From Fidelibacterota bacterium (lineage in GTDB: Bacteria > Fidelibacterota > Marinisomatia > Marinisomatales > UBA2128): 59,764 bases of DNA. The stretch spans positions 1 to 59,764 of the forward strand of contig JBHHUM010000003.1 of assembly GCA_046861645.1 (NCBI GenBank). Direction: 5' to 3'. Shown here piece after piece: positions 7,342 to 17,059 of the stretch. The notes under the pieces are model-generated. The model was not told where the DNA came from and searched no databases. It saw nothing but the letters and a program-made list of their open reading frames with translations. How positions within the stretch are numbered: position 1 is the first letter of the stretch; every line of letters starts with the position of its first letter. The translations under genes and the position numbers were made by a program.

Positions 7342-10200
7342 ATGAGCCTTCCCCGAGTATTGTCAATTATTTGGGTCATGTCTGTACTTTCTTCAGGAAA
7401 ATCGCTACCCTTAGGTGGAGATATTTCTGTATTAGTTATTCGAGTATCCTTTCTCCAGGATAGTGACGTCTCCACTACCGGTGATGGTTTGTTTCTCCTG
7501 GAACCCTATGCAGGTGAGTGTGGCTCCTACGTCCTTGATCCGCCACCCCACAATCGGACTTATTTTGAGGCCCATCTGCAAGCATTGGATAATTACTTTA
7601 GCTCGGTTTCCAGAGAACAACTGAGCATTAATCTGGACCAATCACTAGTGTTGCCATTTGAGGAATCTGCGAGTTATAGTCTTAATTCTTCCATGTCGTA
7701 TTATAATCCCTATGGTGAAACTGAACTTCAGGAACAGCGTATTGTAGAATTGTTTCAAGATGCATTGGAGGAGGCTTATGCAAGGGAAGGGAGTATTGAT
7801 TATGATGTTTATGATCTGATCACTATTGTGCATGCCGGTATTGGTCAGGATTTTGCTTTACCATTCCTCGATCCTACACCAGAAGACATATCCTCAGCTT
7901 ATATCGATTCTGATATATTGATGGAGCAGTTGGGAGTAGGACAGATCGATTTTGAAAATGGGAGTTCGGTTGACAATGGTATCATTTTACCTGAGACACA
8001 GAATCATCTTTTATTTGAAGAGTCAGAGGAGATTTTTTTAGGATCTTCAGATCCCTGTGAGTACCAGTTTGCCCTTACCGGAACATGGGCGCTGATGACC
8101 GGCTTTGCAATCGGGTTACCACCGTTGTGGGATACTGAAACGGGTGAAAGTGGTGCGGGTGTTTTTTCCCTTATGGATCAGGGGTCTAATAACGGTCGCG
8201 GTGCTATTCCTGCTCCACCCGATGCCTGGAGTCGTATCTATGCCGGCTGGGAACACTCTACAACGGTTCGTCCAACTACTGATGTAAATCTGGCAGCTCG
8301 TTCCTTGGCGAATAATCAGATTGTGCGTGTGGATATTGGAGGCTCGGAATATTTTCTAATCGAAAATCGTAACAACTGGTTAAGACACCATGTAGATATT
8401 GATTCACTGCGTTTTAGAAACTGGGACGAGGATAACCTTTTTGTGAAATTACTATTCGATTCCATCGGTGCTGTAATTGATGAAGAGACAGGTGTGATTA
8501 TTTCAGTACCAAATTACGATTATGGTTTACCTAATTCTGGATTGCTGATCTGGCACGTAGACGAGGAATTAATCACCACTGGCTTACAGGATTACACCGT
8601 AAACATTAATCGAGAACAACGAGGCATTGACTTGGAAGAAGCCGATGGCGCTCAAGATATTGGTTATCCTTCCCTCAATCCCTTTTTTGATCCCGGTTCT
8701 GGTATCTGGTCGGATATGTGGTACGCTGGTAATTCTCAATATTATTACGCCAATCCAGGTTTTCTCGGACAACCGATGTCTTTTGGTCCAGATACCTATC
8801 CTGATACGCGCAGCAATAGTGGTGCCGACAGTTACATTACTATTGATAATATCTCCAGTGCAGGTGATACCATGCGTTTTGCAATTGCAAATACTCTATT
8901 GGCAGATGGGTTTCCAGATACTTCACTGAACATAGATTTTTTCTTTGATTTCACCGGAGATGGAATACCGGAAATCATTGGAGGAGAAGATTCTTTGTGG
9001 TGGTCTTCAGGAGACTCATTATCCCAAACGATTTTCATTAGTTTAAATTCAAAAATTTTTGAGTTGATTGTGCTTGGTTATGAAACGGGTAGCCCTAAAC
9101 TTGGCATCATTGAAAATAGGGGGGATTCCCTAAAGGTTTCTGTCTATTATTTTGACTTGAGTGAGGAATCATTTGTGTTTGATTGGAGTCAGAAAGTACA
9201 CATCGATGAATTCGATCTTGTACGCGGATTAGCGGATTCAGATGCTATCGATTTTTCATCGGGATGTAGTGGGTTGTTGGTTACAGAAAGTGATGTATCT
9301 ACATATATTATTTCTGATTGTATTCCTTATTCTCCTTCTTTGACAATCAATGGGATAGTAAGGGATACCGTTCAAGGAGTTACTGCCTCTATTTATGCAA
9401 GTATCGATACAAGTAAGCGATTAGTAATTAATGAAATTCCTGTTCAGTATGATGGTTCAGATTCTTTAATCTATTTATCATTGGTGGATTTAGATATTGA
9501 TGGAAGGCTTGAAGTAATAGCTTCTACTCAAAAAGGAAGTGTGTTGGTCTACAATAGTAACTCCACATTGGAAGCTGGGTTTCCAGTAACTCTCAATGCT
9601 ACTTCTCCAATTTTATCCTTGGATTTATTTGATGACTCACATCCTGAATTAGTGTTTCAGGTTGATTCCAGTGACATTGTTGTTTTGGATTGGCGGGGAA
9701 GAGAACAGTTTCGTCTTTCTAATCCCAATGGAAGCAAGTTGCGTATGTTGAGTCAGTACCAGGGAAAGAATTGCATTGCCACTGCATCATCAATCTGGCT
9801 TTTTGATGAAGTTACGGAATCACATGGAAATGAATGGGTGTCATTTCATGGTGATCCTTCAAATTCAAGATATGTAAATACCTGGATAGATTATCAGAGT
9901 CCAAATAAAAACAGACTGATAAATCCTCGACGTACCTATAATTACCCTAACCCTGCTACTGCAGGCACTACTACCATCCGCGTTTTCGTAGAATCAGCAG
10001 AAAAAGTGGAAGTTGAAATTTTTGATCTTGCTGGCTATTTTGTAGAAAGACTTAAATTCAACAACCTGATACAAGGAGAAGTCAATGAGGTAGTATGGAA
10101 TGTGAGCGCAGTAGAGAGTGGCGTCTATTTTGCCAACGTTAAAGCTTCCAAAGGCAGCGATTGGGAAAGTAAGATTGTCAAGATCGCTGTTGTCCATTAA
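7342..10200 (+). CDS. Secreted M6 (immune inhibitor A)-like domain protein lacking HExxH, with FG-GAP-like repeats and a T9SS C-terminal sorting domain
   Basis: Signal peptide. M6-like blocks are ISVLVIRVSF, IVHAGIGQD, SLMDQGS, PDAWSRIYAGW, EYFLIENRN and LLIWHVDE. LMTGFAIGLPPLWD sits where M6 peptidases have HEFGHDLGLPDLYD. DGIPEII and DIDGRLEVI repeats are present. The CTD is NYPNPATAGTTTIRV...GVYFANVKA...KIVKIAVVH (9931-10197). Confidence 0.7.
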   Translation: MSLPRVLSIIWVMSVLSSGKSLPLGGDISVLVIRVSFLQDSDVSTTGDGLFLLEPYAGECGSYVLDPPPHNRTYFEAHLQALDNYFSSVSREQLSINLDQSLVLPFEESASYSLNSSMSYYNPYGETELQEQRIVELFQDALEEAYAREGSIDYDVYDLITIVHAGIGQDFALPFLDPTPEDISSAYIDSDILMEQLGVGQIDFENGSSVDNGIILPETQNHLLFEESEEIFLGSSDPCEYQFALTGTWALMTGFAIGLPPLWDTETGESGAGVFSLMDQGSNNGRGAIPAPPDAWSRIYAGWEHSTTVRPTTDVNLAARSLANNQIVRVDIGGSEYFLIENRNNWLRHHVDIDSLRFRNWDEDNLFVKLLFDSIGAVIDEETGVIISVPNYDYGLPNSGLLIWHVDEELITTGLQDYTVNINREQRGIDLEEADGAQDIGYPSLNPFFDPGSGIWSDMWYAGNSQYYYANPGFLGQPMSFGPDTYPDTRSNSGADSYITIDNISSAGDTMRFAIANTLLADGFPDTSLNIDFFFDFTGDGIPEIIGGEDSLWWSSGDSLSQTIFISLNSKIFELIVLGYETGSPKLGIIENRGDSLKVSVYYFDLSEESFVFDWSQKVHIDEFDLVRGLADSDAIDFSSGCSGLLVTESDVSTYIISDCIPYSPSLTINGIVRDTVQGVTASIYASIDTSKRLVINEIPVQYDGSDSLIYLSLVDLDIDGRLEVIASTQKGSVLVYNSNSTLEAGFPVTLNATSPILSLDLFDDSHPELVFQVDSSDIVVLDWRGREQFRLSNPNGSKLRMLSQYQGKNCIATASSIWLFDEVTESHGNEWVSFHGDPSNSRYVNTWIDYQSPNKNRLINPRRTYNYPNPATAGTTTIRVFVESAEKVEVEIFDLAGYFVERLKFNNLIQGEVNEVVWNVSAVESGVYFANVKASKGSDWESKIVKIAVVH

Positions 10201-10203
10201 AGA

Positions 10204-13188
10204 ATGTCTCACACTACTCGAGTTTACAGAGAAGTTACTCTACTTTATCTTCGCGCTTTAAGTGCTGCCCTGGTTTTAATTTTTCAACCAATTCTTTTAT
10301 CTCAAGTTATCTACAACCATGCTGAGATAGAATGGCGTTCTTTTGAAACGGATCATTTCGTCATAAATTTCTATGATGCTACAGAAAGAACGGCTCGGGA
10401 GGGTGCTGCTGTGGCAGAGATTATTTATCCCCTGGTAACTGCATTATACAATTATGAACCCCCATCTAAAACACATTTAATCTTTCTAGATACAGATGAT
10501 TTTTCTAACGGCGCTGCTTATTATTATGACAACAAAATTGAAATCTGGACTTCTCCTCTTGATTTTGATCTTCGTGGTAGCCATCGCTGGGTGCAAGATG
10601 TCGTTACCCACGAATTCACCCATATTGTCTCCTTGCAAAAGGCGATGAAGTTTGGTCAAAATATCCCCGGTGGATATATCCAATGGATAGGTTATGAAAA
10701 AGAGAAGAGAGAAGATGTTCTTTATGGTTATCCCAGTACATTGATTTCTTATCCTGTTCCTGGGACTCTCATTCCTCCGTGGTTGGCCGAGGGTACAGCT
10801 CAATATATGTTCTCAGGAGCTACGTATGATTTTTGGGATTCACATCGTGACATGATTCTTCGTGATCGTGTACTCCACGAGAATCTCCTCAGTTTTACAG
10901 AGATGAATACTTTCGGAAAAAGTGGAATCGGAAATGAGTCAACCTATAACGCAGGTTTTGCCCTGGTGAAGTTTATCGCAAAAAGGTATGGCGTGGACTC
11001 TCTGCGAGAGATTGTGATCGAGCTTTCTAATCCCCTGCAATACTCTATTGATCGGGCAATGAAGAGGGTTCTTGGTAAATCGGGAAAAGAAGTTTATCAT
11101 GAGTTCAAGTTAAGCCTGGAGAAACACTATCAGGAGGAAATGAAAACGGTCTTAGTTGCGGAACATAAAGGGCGAATAATAGAAGGGGATGGGACAACTA
11201 ATCTCCACCCGGTCTGGTCACCCAATGGACAAAAATTTGCATTCCTCTCCAACAAGAAAAATGATTTCTTCAGTCAGACAGATCTCTTCATCTACGATTT
11301 TAAGACTAAATCCTCGATACAAATCGCTGAGGGTGTTTTTTCAGCTCCTGCCTGGAGCAGGGATGGCTCGGTAATATATTATACTAAGAAGTCGAAACCG
11401 GATCGTTATGGTTCCAAGTGGTATGATCTCTATCGGTATTCTTTTATAGATAAAAAAGAAGAGAGATTAACCAAGGGAGCACGAGCTTTCTCTCCAATCG
11501 TGATGAACGATTCTTTAATAGCCTATCTTGCTGTGAAGGATGGTACACATAATGTATTCAGGGTTAATCTCAATTCGCTTAAATCTGAGAAGATTACAGA
11601 TTTTGATAATGGTCGACAGCTTTTTGGATTAGCTTTTGATCCTAAACAGAACTGGCTAATCTTTGATTATGTAGAAAATCATTTCCGGAATACAGCATCC
11701 CTCAACCTTTCTGATACTCTATTCACCGATCTTATCGCCACGGCTGAATGGGATGAAAGGGATGTAACCCCACTTACCGATGGTGGTTTTATTTACGCCA
11801 GTGATAAAAGTGGAGTTTTCAATCTGTACATGGTAGAAGGGGGTTCTGGTCAGCAGGGATATATTACTAATGTGACAGGTGGAGCTTTCATGCCTGATGT
11901 GGGTCCCAATGGACAGATACTATTTTCTCTCTACGAAGATGGTGGTTATAAGATAGCTATTTTAGATTCTATCGAATTGATTCCTGAGGAAATGGTGGGT
12001 TACAGTGCTACTCATTTTGCTATGTTTACCGAATTACCGTCACCCGTCACTGATCAAATCCAGATCGAAGCTGAAACGGCTAAAGATAATTTCGGCCCTA
12101 TGTTTATCCTACCCAAACTAATGAGGGATTACGGTACCTGGAAACCGGGATTCTATTTCTATTCCAGTGAGATATTAAATCGGTTAGATATTTTTGGCGG
12201 AGCATCTATTAATTCTTTACGTGATGTTGATTTGTTCCTCATTTTCGAGTTTCGACGGTTTTATCCCACACTTTTTACGGAAATATATTACCTGACCAGA
12301 AATGTCTTTGAGAATGAGCAATGGCGGGATACTTATGATTTAAACTACGATATTAACTTTAGGCTTTTTCAATGGGATGCAGGTTTCAGATTTCCAATTC
12401 AAGGGTCTCACGAATTGAAACTTTATGGTTCATTTCAGCAGTTTCACGAAGGGATAAAGGAGCGAGTAGAAGGACAATTAGGTAAACTAGGTTTTGATTA
12501 TTATGTGGGCAAACATCTGGGAATTGCCTGGCAATCTGATATTCACCAACCGAGTGTCGATTATGGAATTAATCCTGGGAATGGTATACAGGGAAATCTT
12601 GAAGCTCGTTACGAACAGAACGATTTTATTGACGGTTTTCAAATCAACGAGGATTATTCAACTCTCGAGACAAAATTCATATTTTATGATTTCTGGAGAG
12701 TATCAGGAGATATATCCGCTCATGTAACTCTACCATGGACTTCACACTGGACGTCTACAGCGGAAATTCAATTTGGTTGGATGTCATCCACGAGGGTGGA
12801 TTCCTTCTTCAATTTTTTCGCAGGAGGGTTACCTGGATTACGTGGATATCCTTTCTACTCCATTGAGGGGAACCGGGAAGTAATCGGGGCGTTATCTCTC
12901 CGAATACCGATTTTTAGGGAGCAACATGTACCTATAGGACCATTCATTTTTCAGAACCTTTTGGTTGGTGCAATTGTCCAGACCGGCGACGCTTGGGAAG
13001 GTAAAAGTGATAAATTCGACCTGAAGCGATCTGTTGGAGTGCAACTTCGTCTTGGAGGGTTTTCTTTTTATAACTATCCAACAGGAATTGGTGTGGAATT
13101 ACACAAAGGATTGGATAAATTTTCTGCTGGCGGAAATGATTACGGTAAAGAAGTAAGAGCTTATTTTACTCTTCTTTTTGGATTCTGA
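10204..13188 (+). CDS. Outer-membrane fusion protein: MA-clan HExxH metalloprotease domain + PD40/TolB-like beta-propeller + Omp85-type C-terminal beta-barrel
   Basis: Signal/anchor sequence. HEFTH lies at 10609-10623, with downstream PPWLAEGTAQY as a gluzincin-like third ligand. PD40-like repeats include HPVWSPNGQKFAFLS, APAWSRDGSVIYY and PDVGPNGQILFS. A C-terminal ~350 aa beta-rich region ends YFTLLFGF. Confidence 0.6.
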   Translation: MSHTTRVYREVTLLYLRALSAALVLIFQPILLSQVIYNHAEIEWRSFETDHFVINFYDATERTAREGAAVAEIIYPLVTALYNYEPPSKTHLIFLDTDDFSNGAAYYYDNKIEIWTSPLDFDLRGSHRWVQDVVTHEFTHIVSLQKAMKFGQNIPGGYIQWIGYEKEKREDVLYGYPSTLISYPVPGTLIPPWLAEGTAQYMFSGATYDFWDSHRDMILRDRVLHENLLSFTEMNTFGKSGIGNESTYNAGFALVKFIAKRYGVDSLREIVIELSNPLQYSIDRAMKRVLGKSGKEVYHEFKLSLEKHYQEEMKTVLVAEHKGRIIEGDGTTNLHPVWSPNGQKFAFLSNKKNDFFSQTDLFIYDFKTKSSIQIAEGVFSAPAWSRDGSVIYYTKKSKPDRYGSKWYDLYRYSFIDKKEERLTKGARAFSPIVMNDSLIAYLAVKDGTHNVFRVNLNSLKSEKITDFDNGRQLFGLAFDPKQNWLIFDYVENHFRNTASLNLSDTLFTDLIATAEWDERDVTPLTDGGFIYASDKSGVFNLYMVEGGSGQQGYITNVTGGAFMPDVGPNGQILFSLYEDGGYKIAILDSIELIPEEMVGYSATHFAMFTELPSPVTDQIQIEAETAKDNFGPMFILPKLMRDYGTWKPGFYFYSSEILNRLDIFGGASINSLRDVDLFLIFEFRRFYPTLFTEIYYLTRNVFENEQWRDTYDLNYDINFRLFQWDAGFRFPIQGSHELKLYGSFQQFHEGIKERVEGQLGKLGFDYYVGKHLGIAWQSDIHQPSVDYGINPGNGIQGNLEARYEQNDFIDGFQINEDYSTLETKFIFYDFWRVSGDISAHVTLPWTSHWTSTAEIQFGWMSSTRVDSFFNFFAGGLPGLRGYPFYSIEGNREVIGALSLRIPIFREQHVPIGPFIFQNLLVGAIVQTGDAWEGKSDKFDLKRSVGVQLRLGGFSFYNYPTGIGVELHKGLDKFSAGGNDYGKEVRAYFTLLFGF

Positions 13189-13189
13189 G

Positions 13190-14065
13190 ATGCGCAACAT
13201 TCTGATAACATACCTGATAACGTTGACGACTCTTTCGGCTGGTGTCAATAGATTTGTTTATCGCCCCGAGTTCCACAACTCACTATTGAAGACACAGATT
13301 GAGAAGACCGAGATTAAGAAAGATTCCACTACTCAGGAAAAATATCCAGCAAAGGGATTACTCTATTCTCTTGTTTTGCCGGGTGCAGGTCAATGGTATG
13401 CTGGAGCGAAATGGAAATCGCTTCTGTTTGTAAGTGTGGAAGTAACTACTGTCATAATCTGGTCGAAAATGAAACAGAAGGGAATGGATGTTAAATCTGA
13501 TTTTGAATCTCTCGCTGATAATGATTGGTTACTTAATCAGTGGTGGGAGAAAATGAATATTCTTCCTCCTGAGCTGGGGATTTCTGCAATGGGTTCTCAT
13601 GAGATTCAGATTCTTCTGACTGATGGGTCCATTATTGGCTCTAACGAAGATACAAATGGTGATTCCATTCCTGACTGGACACTCTACGAAGTAGATAATG
13701 TTATCAGAGATCGAGATTTTTATGAAAATATTGGGAAGTACAATCAGTTTGTTGGTGGCTGGTCTGATATTGATTCATTTTGGGTGGAAGGTAAATCGGT
13801 AGGAGATTCTACTGAATGGTTGGTTATGACCAAGAATAGAGACAAATATCTAGACCTACGTCAGGATCACAACCGTTTTCTTCAGTTGGCTAGTTATGCA
13901 ATTAGTACAGTAATGTTTAATCACATTATTAGTGCTATTGATGCAGTATGGGAGACTCGACGTCGGTCTCAACCCACTGGAAAGGTTGAAACCAGTATTT
14001 ATCCTTCTTTTTCTACAAACTCAAAATATGGGATCGGTGGTATCTCTCTATCGCTTCAGTGGTAG
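13190..14065 (+). CDS. DUF5683-like membrane protein
   Basis: LLYSLVLPGAGQWYAGAKWKSLLF matches the remembered DUF5683 motif (S..iPG.GQ.Y). ATG 13190 lies directly after the upstream TGA; the track's TTG at 13178 is less likely. Confidence 0.5.
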   Translation: MRNILITYLITLTTLSAGVNRFVYRPEFHNSLLKTQIEKTEIKKDSTTQEKYPAKGLLYSLVLPGAGQWYAGAKWKSLLFVSVEVTTVIIWSKMKQKGMDVKSDFESLADNDWLLNQWWEKMNILPPELGISAMGSHEIQILLTDGSIIGSNEDTNGDSIPDWTLYEVDNVIRDRDFYENIGKYNQFVGGWSDIDSFWVEGKSVGDSTEWLVMTKNRDKYLDLRQDHNRFLQLASYAISTVMFNHIISAIDAVWETRRRSQPTGKVETSIYPSFSTNSKYGIGGISLSLQW

Positions 14066-14093
14066 CTGAATTAGACTATCTAAGATTCTTTAT

Positions 14094-14864
14094 ATGTACA
14101 AACAACAAATAATCCTTTTTGGAATTCTTAGTATCCTCTTCATACAAGCTTGCTCTCCTCCTGATAGTAAGAAAGAAGCTAGTAATTTGAGGAAACCGTT
14201 TGAAGAGGGATTACTACAATTCGAGAAAGGAAAATATTATCGTGCTCAGGAAGAGTTCGAGTTTGTTTTAAGACGGGGAGCTTATACTGAGTTTGCTGAT
14301 TCTGCGCAGTTTTACCTAGCTGAATCTTATTTCTTCAATAAAGAGTACGTTCAGGCGATTACAGAATATGATAACCTCGTCCGGTACAAAACTTATAGTC
14401 CTTTCGTAGAACTTAGCCGTTTTCGCATCTGCCAAGCTTATGAAAAGAAATCTCCTAAGTATTATCTTGATCAAGATTATACTGTCAATGCAATTGAGCG
14501 GTATCAGGAATTCATCGAGGACTTTCCGGAATCTGAACATGTGGAGGAAGCTAATGAAGCCATTAAAAAACTAAGGAATAAGCAGGCCAGGAAAGAGTAT
14601 GAATCTGGTATCTTATATATAAAACTAGAAGAATATAAAGCCGCTTTGACTTACTTTGACGATGTAGTAGTAACTTACTTTGATACTGATTACACGGATA
14701 AAGCAAGAGTAAAGGTAATTGAGATGTACATTAGACTTGGTATGATTGATACAGCTCAAGACTTTTTAATGGATCACCACGATCGTTTTAAATCCGGGAA
14801 TTTACTGGTTGAAGCAGAAAAGTTAATCGAATCTGCAACTGTTGAAGGAAAGGTTGAACCATGA
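14094..14864 (+). CDS. bamD: Outer membrane protein assembly factor BamD (YfiO-like TPR lipoprotein)
   Basis: Lipobox IQAC. TPR pattern KGKYYRAQEEFEFV...AQFYLAESYFFNKEY...RYQEFIEDFPESEHVEEA...KEYESGILYIKLEEYKAA. Confidence 0.75.
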   Translation: MYKQQIILFGILSILFIQACSPPDSKKEASNLRKPFEEGLLQFEKGKYYRAQEEFEFVLRRGAYTEFADSAQFYLAESYFFNKEYVQAITEYDNLVRYKTYSPFVELSRFRICQAYEKKSPKYYLDQDYTVNAIERYQEFIEDFPESEHVEEANEAIKKLRNKQARKEYESGILYIKLEEYKAALTYFDDVVVTYFDTDYTDKARVKVIEMYIRLGMIDTAQDFLMDHHDRFKSGNLLVEAEKLIESATVEGKVEP

Positions 14865-15448
14865 AAATTTGTATCTTTGGAGGAACATTTGACCCCCCCC
14901 ATATTGGCCATCTCATTATTGCTGAAATGGTAAAAGAGTCTGAAGATTTCGATAAAATGATTTTTATTCCTGCGGGCATTCCTCCTCACAAAGCTGAGAC
15001 AGATGTCTCTACAATCGAAGACCGGTTGGCAATGCTTAGGTTGGCATTAGAAGGAAATAAAAATTTTGAGTTATCTAACGTGGAAATCAAACGAGGTGGA
15101 ATCTCTTATGCTATCGATACTATCAGGGAACTAAAACAGAGGTATAATCTCAAGTCCAGGGAAATCTACTTCTTAATTGGGAGCGATTCCTTGAAGGAGT
15201 TCCATACTTGGCACGAACCTGAAAAAATTCTGGAAGAATCACAAGTTTTGGTAGCTGCCCGTCCGGGGTTTAGACCTAGCTGGATCTCCCCAGAAATACT
15301 TTCCCATATTCACTTTGCTAATGTTCCTCAAATTGAGATTTCTTCCTCATTACTTCGTCAGCGGATAATTGCTGGACTGACGGTCCGGTATGCTGTTCCC
15401 TACCCAGTAGAAGCTTATATCCTTGAGAAAGGACTTTATCGCCGGTGA
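14861..15448 (+). CDS. nadD: Nicotinate-nucleotide adenylyltransferase
   Basis: GGTFDPPHIGHL motif, ~195 aa, ISSSLLRQR near the C-terminus. ATGA overlap with bamD. Confidence 0.9.
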   Translation: MKICIFGGTFDPPHIGHLIIAEMVKESEDFDKMIFIPAGIPPHKAETDVSTIEDRLAMLRLALEGNKNFELSNVEIKRGGISYAIDTIRELKQRYNLKSREIYFLIGSDSLKEFHTWHEPEKILEESQVLVAARPGFRPSWISPEILSHIHFANVPQIEISSSLLRQRIIAGLTVRYAVPYPVEAYILEKGLYRR

Positions 15449-16386
15449 GTCTGCTAGAAATCGGCGGTTATCTCGTCGGTGGGGGAATTTTACTATTTTT
15501 TGGTGGTGAATCTGTCGTCCGAGGGGGTAGCCGGCTGGCTCGTCTCTGGCAAATTTCACCATTGGTAATTGGTTTAACCATTGTTGCTTTTGGAACATCC
15601 CTTCCAGAACTTTTAGTAAGTTTATTAGCAGCTCTCAGAGGTAAGGAAGGTATCGCTGTTGGTAATGTGATAGGTTCCAATATTGCCAATATCGGGTTAA
15701 TACTGGGTTTAAGTGCCTCAGTTTTTATCATTGCTATTTCAGCTAAGCGCATCAAAAAAGACCTCAATTTTTTACTGGCTGTCTCAATCCTTTTTTCCAT
15801 TATGATATTGGATGGAATAATTCAAAGATGGGAGGGAATAGCTCTATTTGGTGGTATTATTTTTTATACCAGTTTCTGTATTTTATCTGGTCGTGGAGAA
15901 AAGCAGATTGTTGGTGATCATGGTACGATATGGGGTAATCTCATTATCGTTAGTTTTGGTATAGGTGCTTTAACGGGAGGGGCTCATTTATTCGTGGAAG
16001 GTGCCACGGGTTTAGCTGAAAGAGTGGCAGGTAAAAACATAGAATTAACCATAGGCCTAACGGTTGCTGCATACGGTACATCTTTACCAGAATTGGCGAC
16101 TTCTCTGGTAGCTGCTTATAAGAAAGAAAGTGAAATATCACTAGGTAATATTATTGGTTCCAATGTATTCAACATTCTAGCAGTTATAGGTTTAGTTTCA
16201 GCAATTTCACCTATGAGAGTCAATCCTGGTTTAATAAAACTAGAGCTTCCCATCATGATATTATACGTGTTATTGATTTATCCCTTAATCCGTAAAGTGA
16301 CTATACCCAGGCTATATGCATTCCTGATGTTTGGGGGTTACGTGGCTTTCATTGTATTCATTGTCATAAGATCAATAAGTGGTTGA
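15445..16386 (+). CDS. CaCA-family Na+/Ca2+ (K+-dependent) antiporter, YrbG-like
   Basis: Two alpha-repeat motifs, GTSLPEL (x2) and GNVIGSNI / GNIIGSNVFN. About 10 TM segments. GTG start overlaps the nadD stop. Confidence 0.85.
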   Translation: MSLLEIGGYLVGGGILLFFGGESVVRGGSRLARLWQISPLVIGLTIVAFGTSLPELLVSLLAALRGKEGIAVGNVIGSNIANIGLILGLSASVFIIAISAKRIKKDLNFLLAVSILFSIMILDGIIQRWEGIALFGGIIFYTSFCILSGRGEKQIVGDHGTIWGNLIIVSFGIGALTGGAHLFVEGATGLAERVAGKNIELTIGLTVAAYGTSLPELATSLVAAYKKESEISLGNIIGSNVFNILAVIGLVSAISPMRVNPGLIKLELPIMILYVLLIYPLIRKVTIPRLYAFLMFGGYVAFIVFIVIRSISG

Positions 16387-16399
16387 AGGCAATCATTTC

Positions 16400-17059
16400 A
16401 TGATCAAATTCACAGATGCCACTTACGCTTTTAAAGGTGGTGCCGGAGTATCTAACGCCTCTTTCTCGGTATCCAAAGGTGATTTCATCTGTATATTAGG
16501 ACCAACCGGAGCGGGAAAAACCACCCTGCTCAAGATGATCTATATGGACGCTATTCCACAGGAAGGGACTGTCGAAGTTGCAGGGTACAATTCGGATAGG
16601 ATCAAATCGAAGCAGGTAGCATTGTTACGCCGTAAGGTAGGGATGGTGTTTCAGGATTTTGAGTTGCTAGGTGATAGAAGTGTTTTTGAAAATGTGGCTT
16701 TACCTCTACATGTAGTTGGTATGAGTCGAGAAGAGGTACATGCTAAAGTAGATAGAGTTTTAAATGAACTGGGTCTGGCAACGAAAAGTCATCTTTTTCC
16801 ATATCAGATTTCAGGTGGAGAGCAACAGATTGTTTCTCTGGCGAGAGCCATAGTGAAGGACCCCTTGGTGGTGCTAGCTGATGAACCGACCGGTAATCTT
16901 GATCCTGTAGCTTCATTTCAGATTTTGAAATTATTGGAAAAAATAAATGAAGCTGGTACAGCTGTACTCATGGCTACTCACAATTATAATCTTGTTAAAG
17001 ATAGGGATTACAGATTTATTGAGATAGTTCAGGGGCAAGTAAGAGTGTCAGATGGATAA
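16400..17059 (+). CDS. ftsE: Cell-division ABC ATPase FtsE
   Basis: Walker A GPTGAGKTT, signature ISGGEQQ, Walker B VVLADEPTGNLD. Followed by ftsX. The track start at 16379 is a GTG extension; ATG 16400 gives MIKFTD. Confidence 0.9.
   Translation: MIKFTDATYAFKGGAGVSNASFSVSKGDFICILGPTGAGKTTLLKMIYMDAIPQEGTVEVAGYNSDRIKSKQVALLRRKVGMVFQDFELLGDRSVFENVALPLHVVGMSREEVHAKVDRVLNELGLATKSHLFPYQISGGEQQIVSLARAIVKDPLVVLADEPTGNLDPVASFQILKLLEKINEAGTAVLMATHNYNLVKDRDYRFIEIVQGQVRVSDG

Noticed and set aside
14893-14900. A C8 homopolymer in nadD (and a G7 run at about 38427-38433 in cstA) could be phase-variation tracts.
   Set aside because: Both encode conserved residues in frame (DPPH of the nadD GGTFDPPHIGH motif; LGGE in cstA). 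There is no evidence of slippage, and housekeeping genes are not expected to phase-vary.
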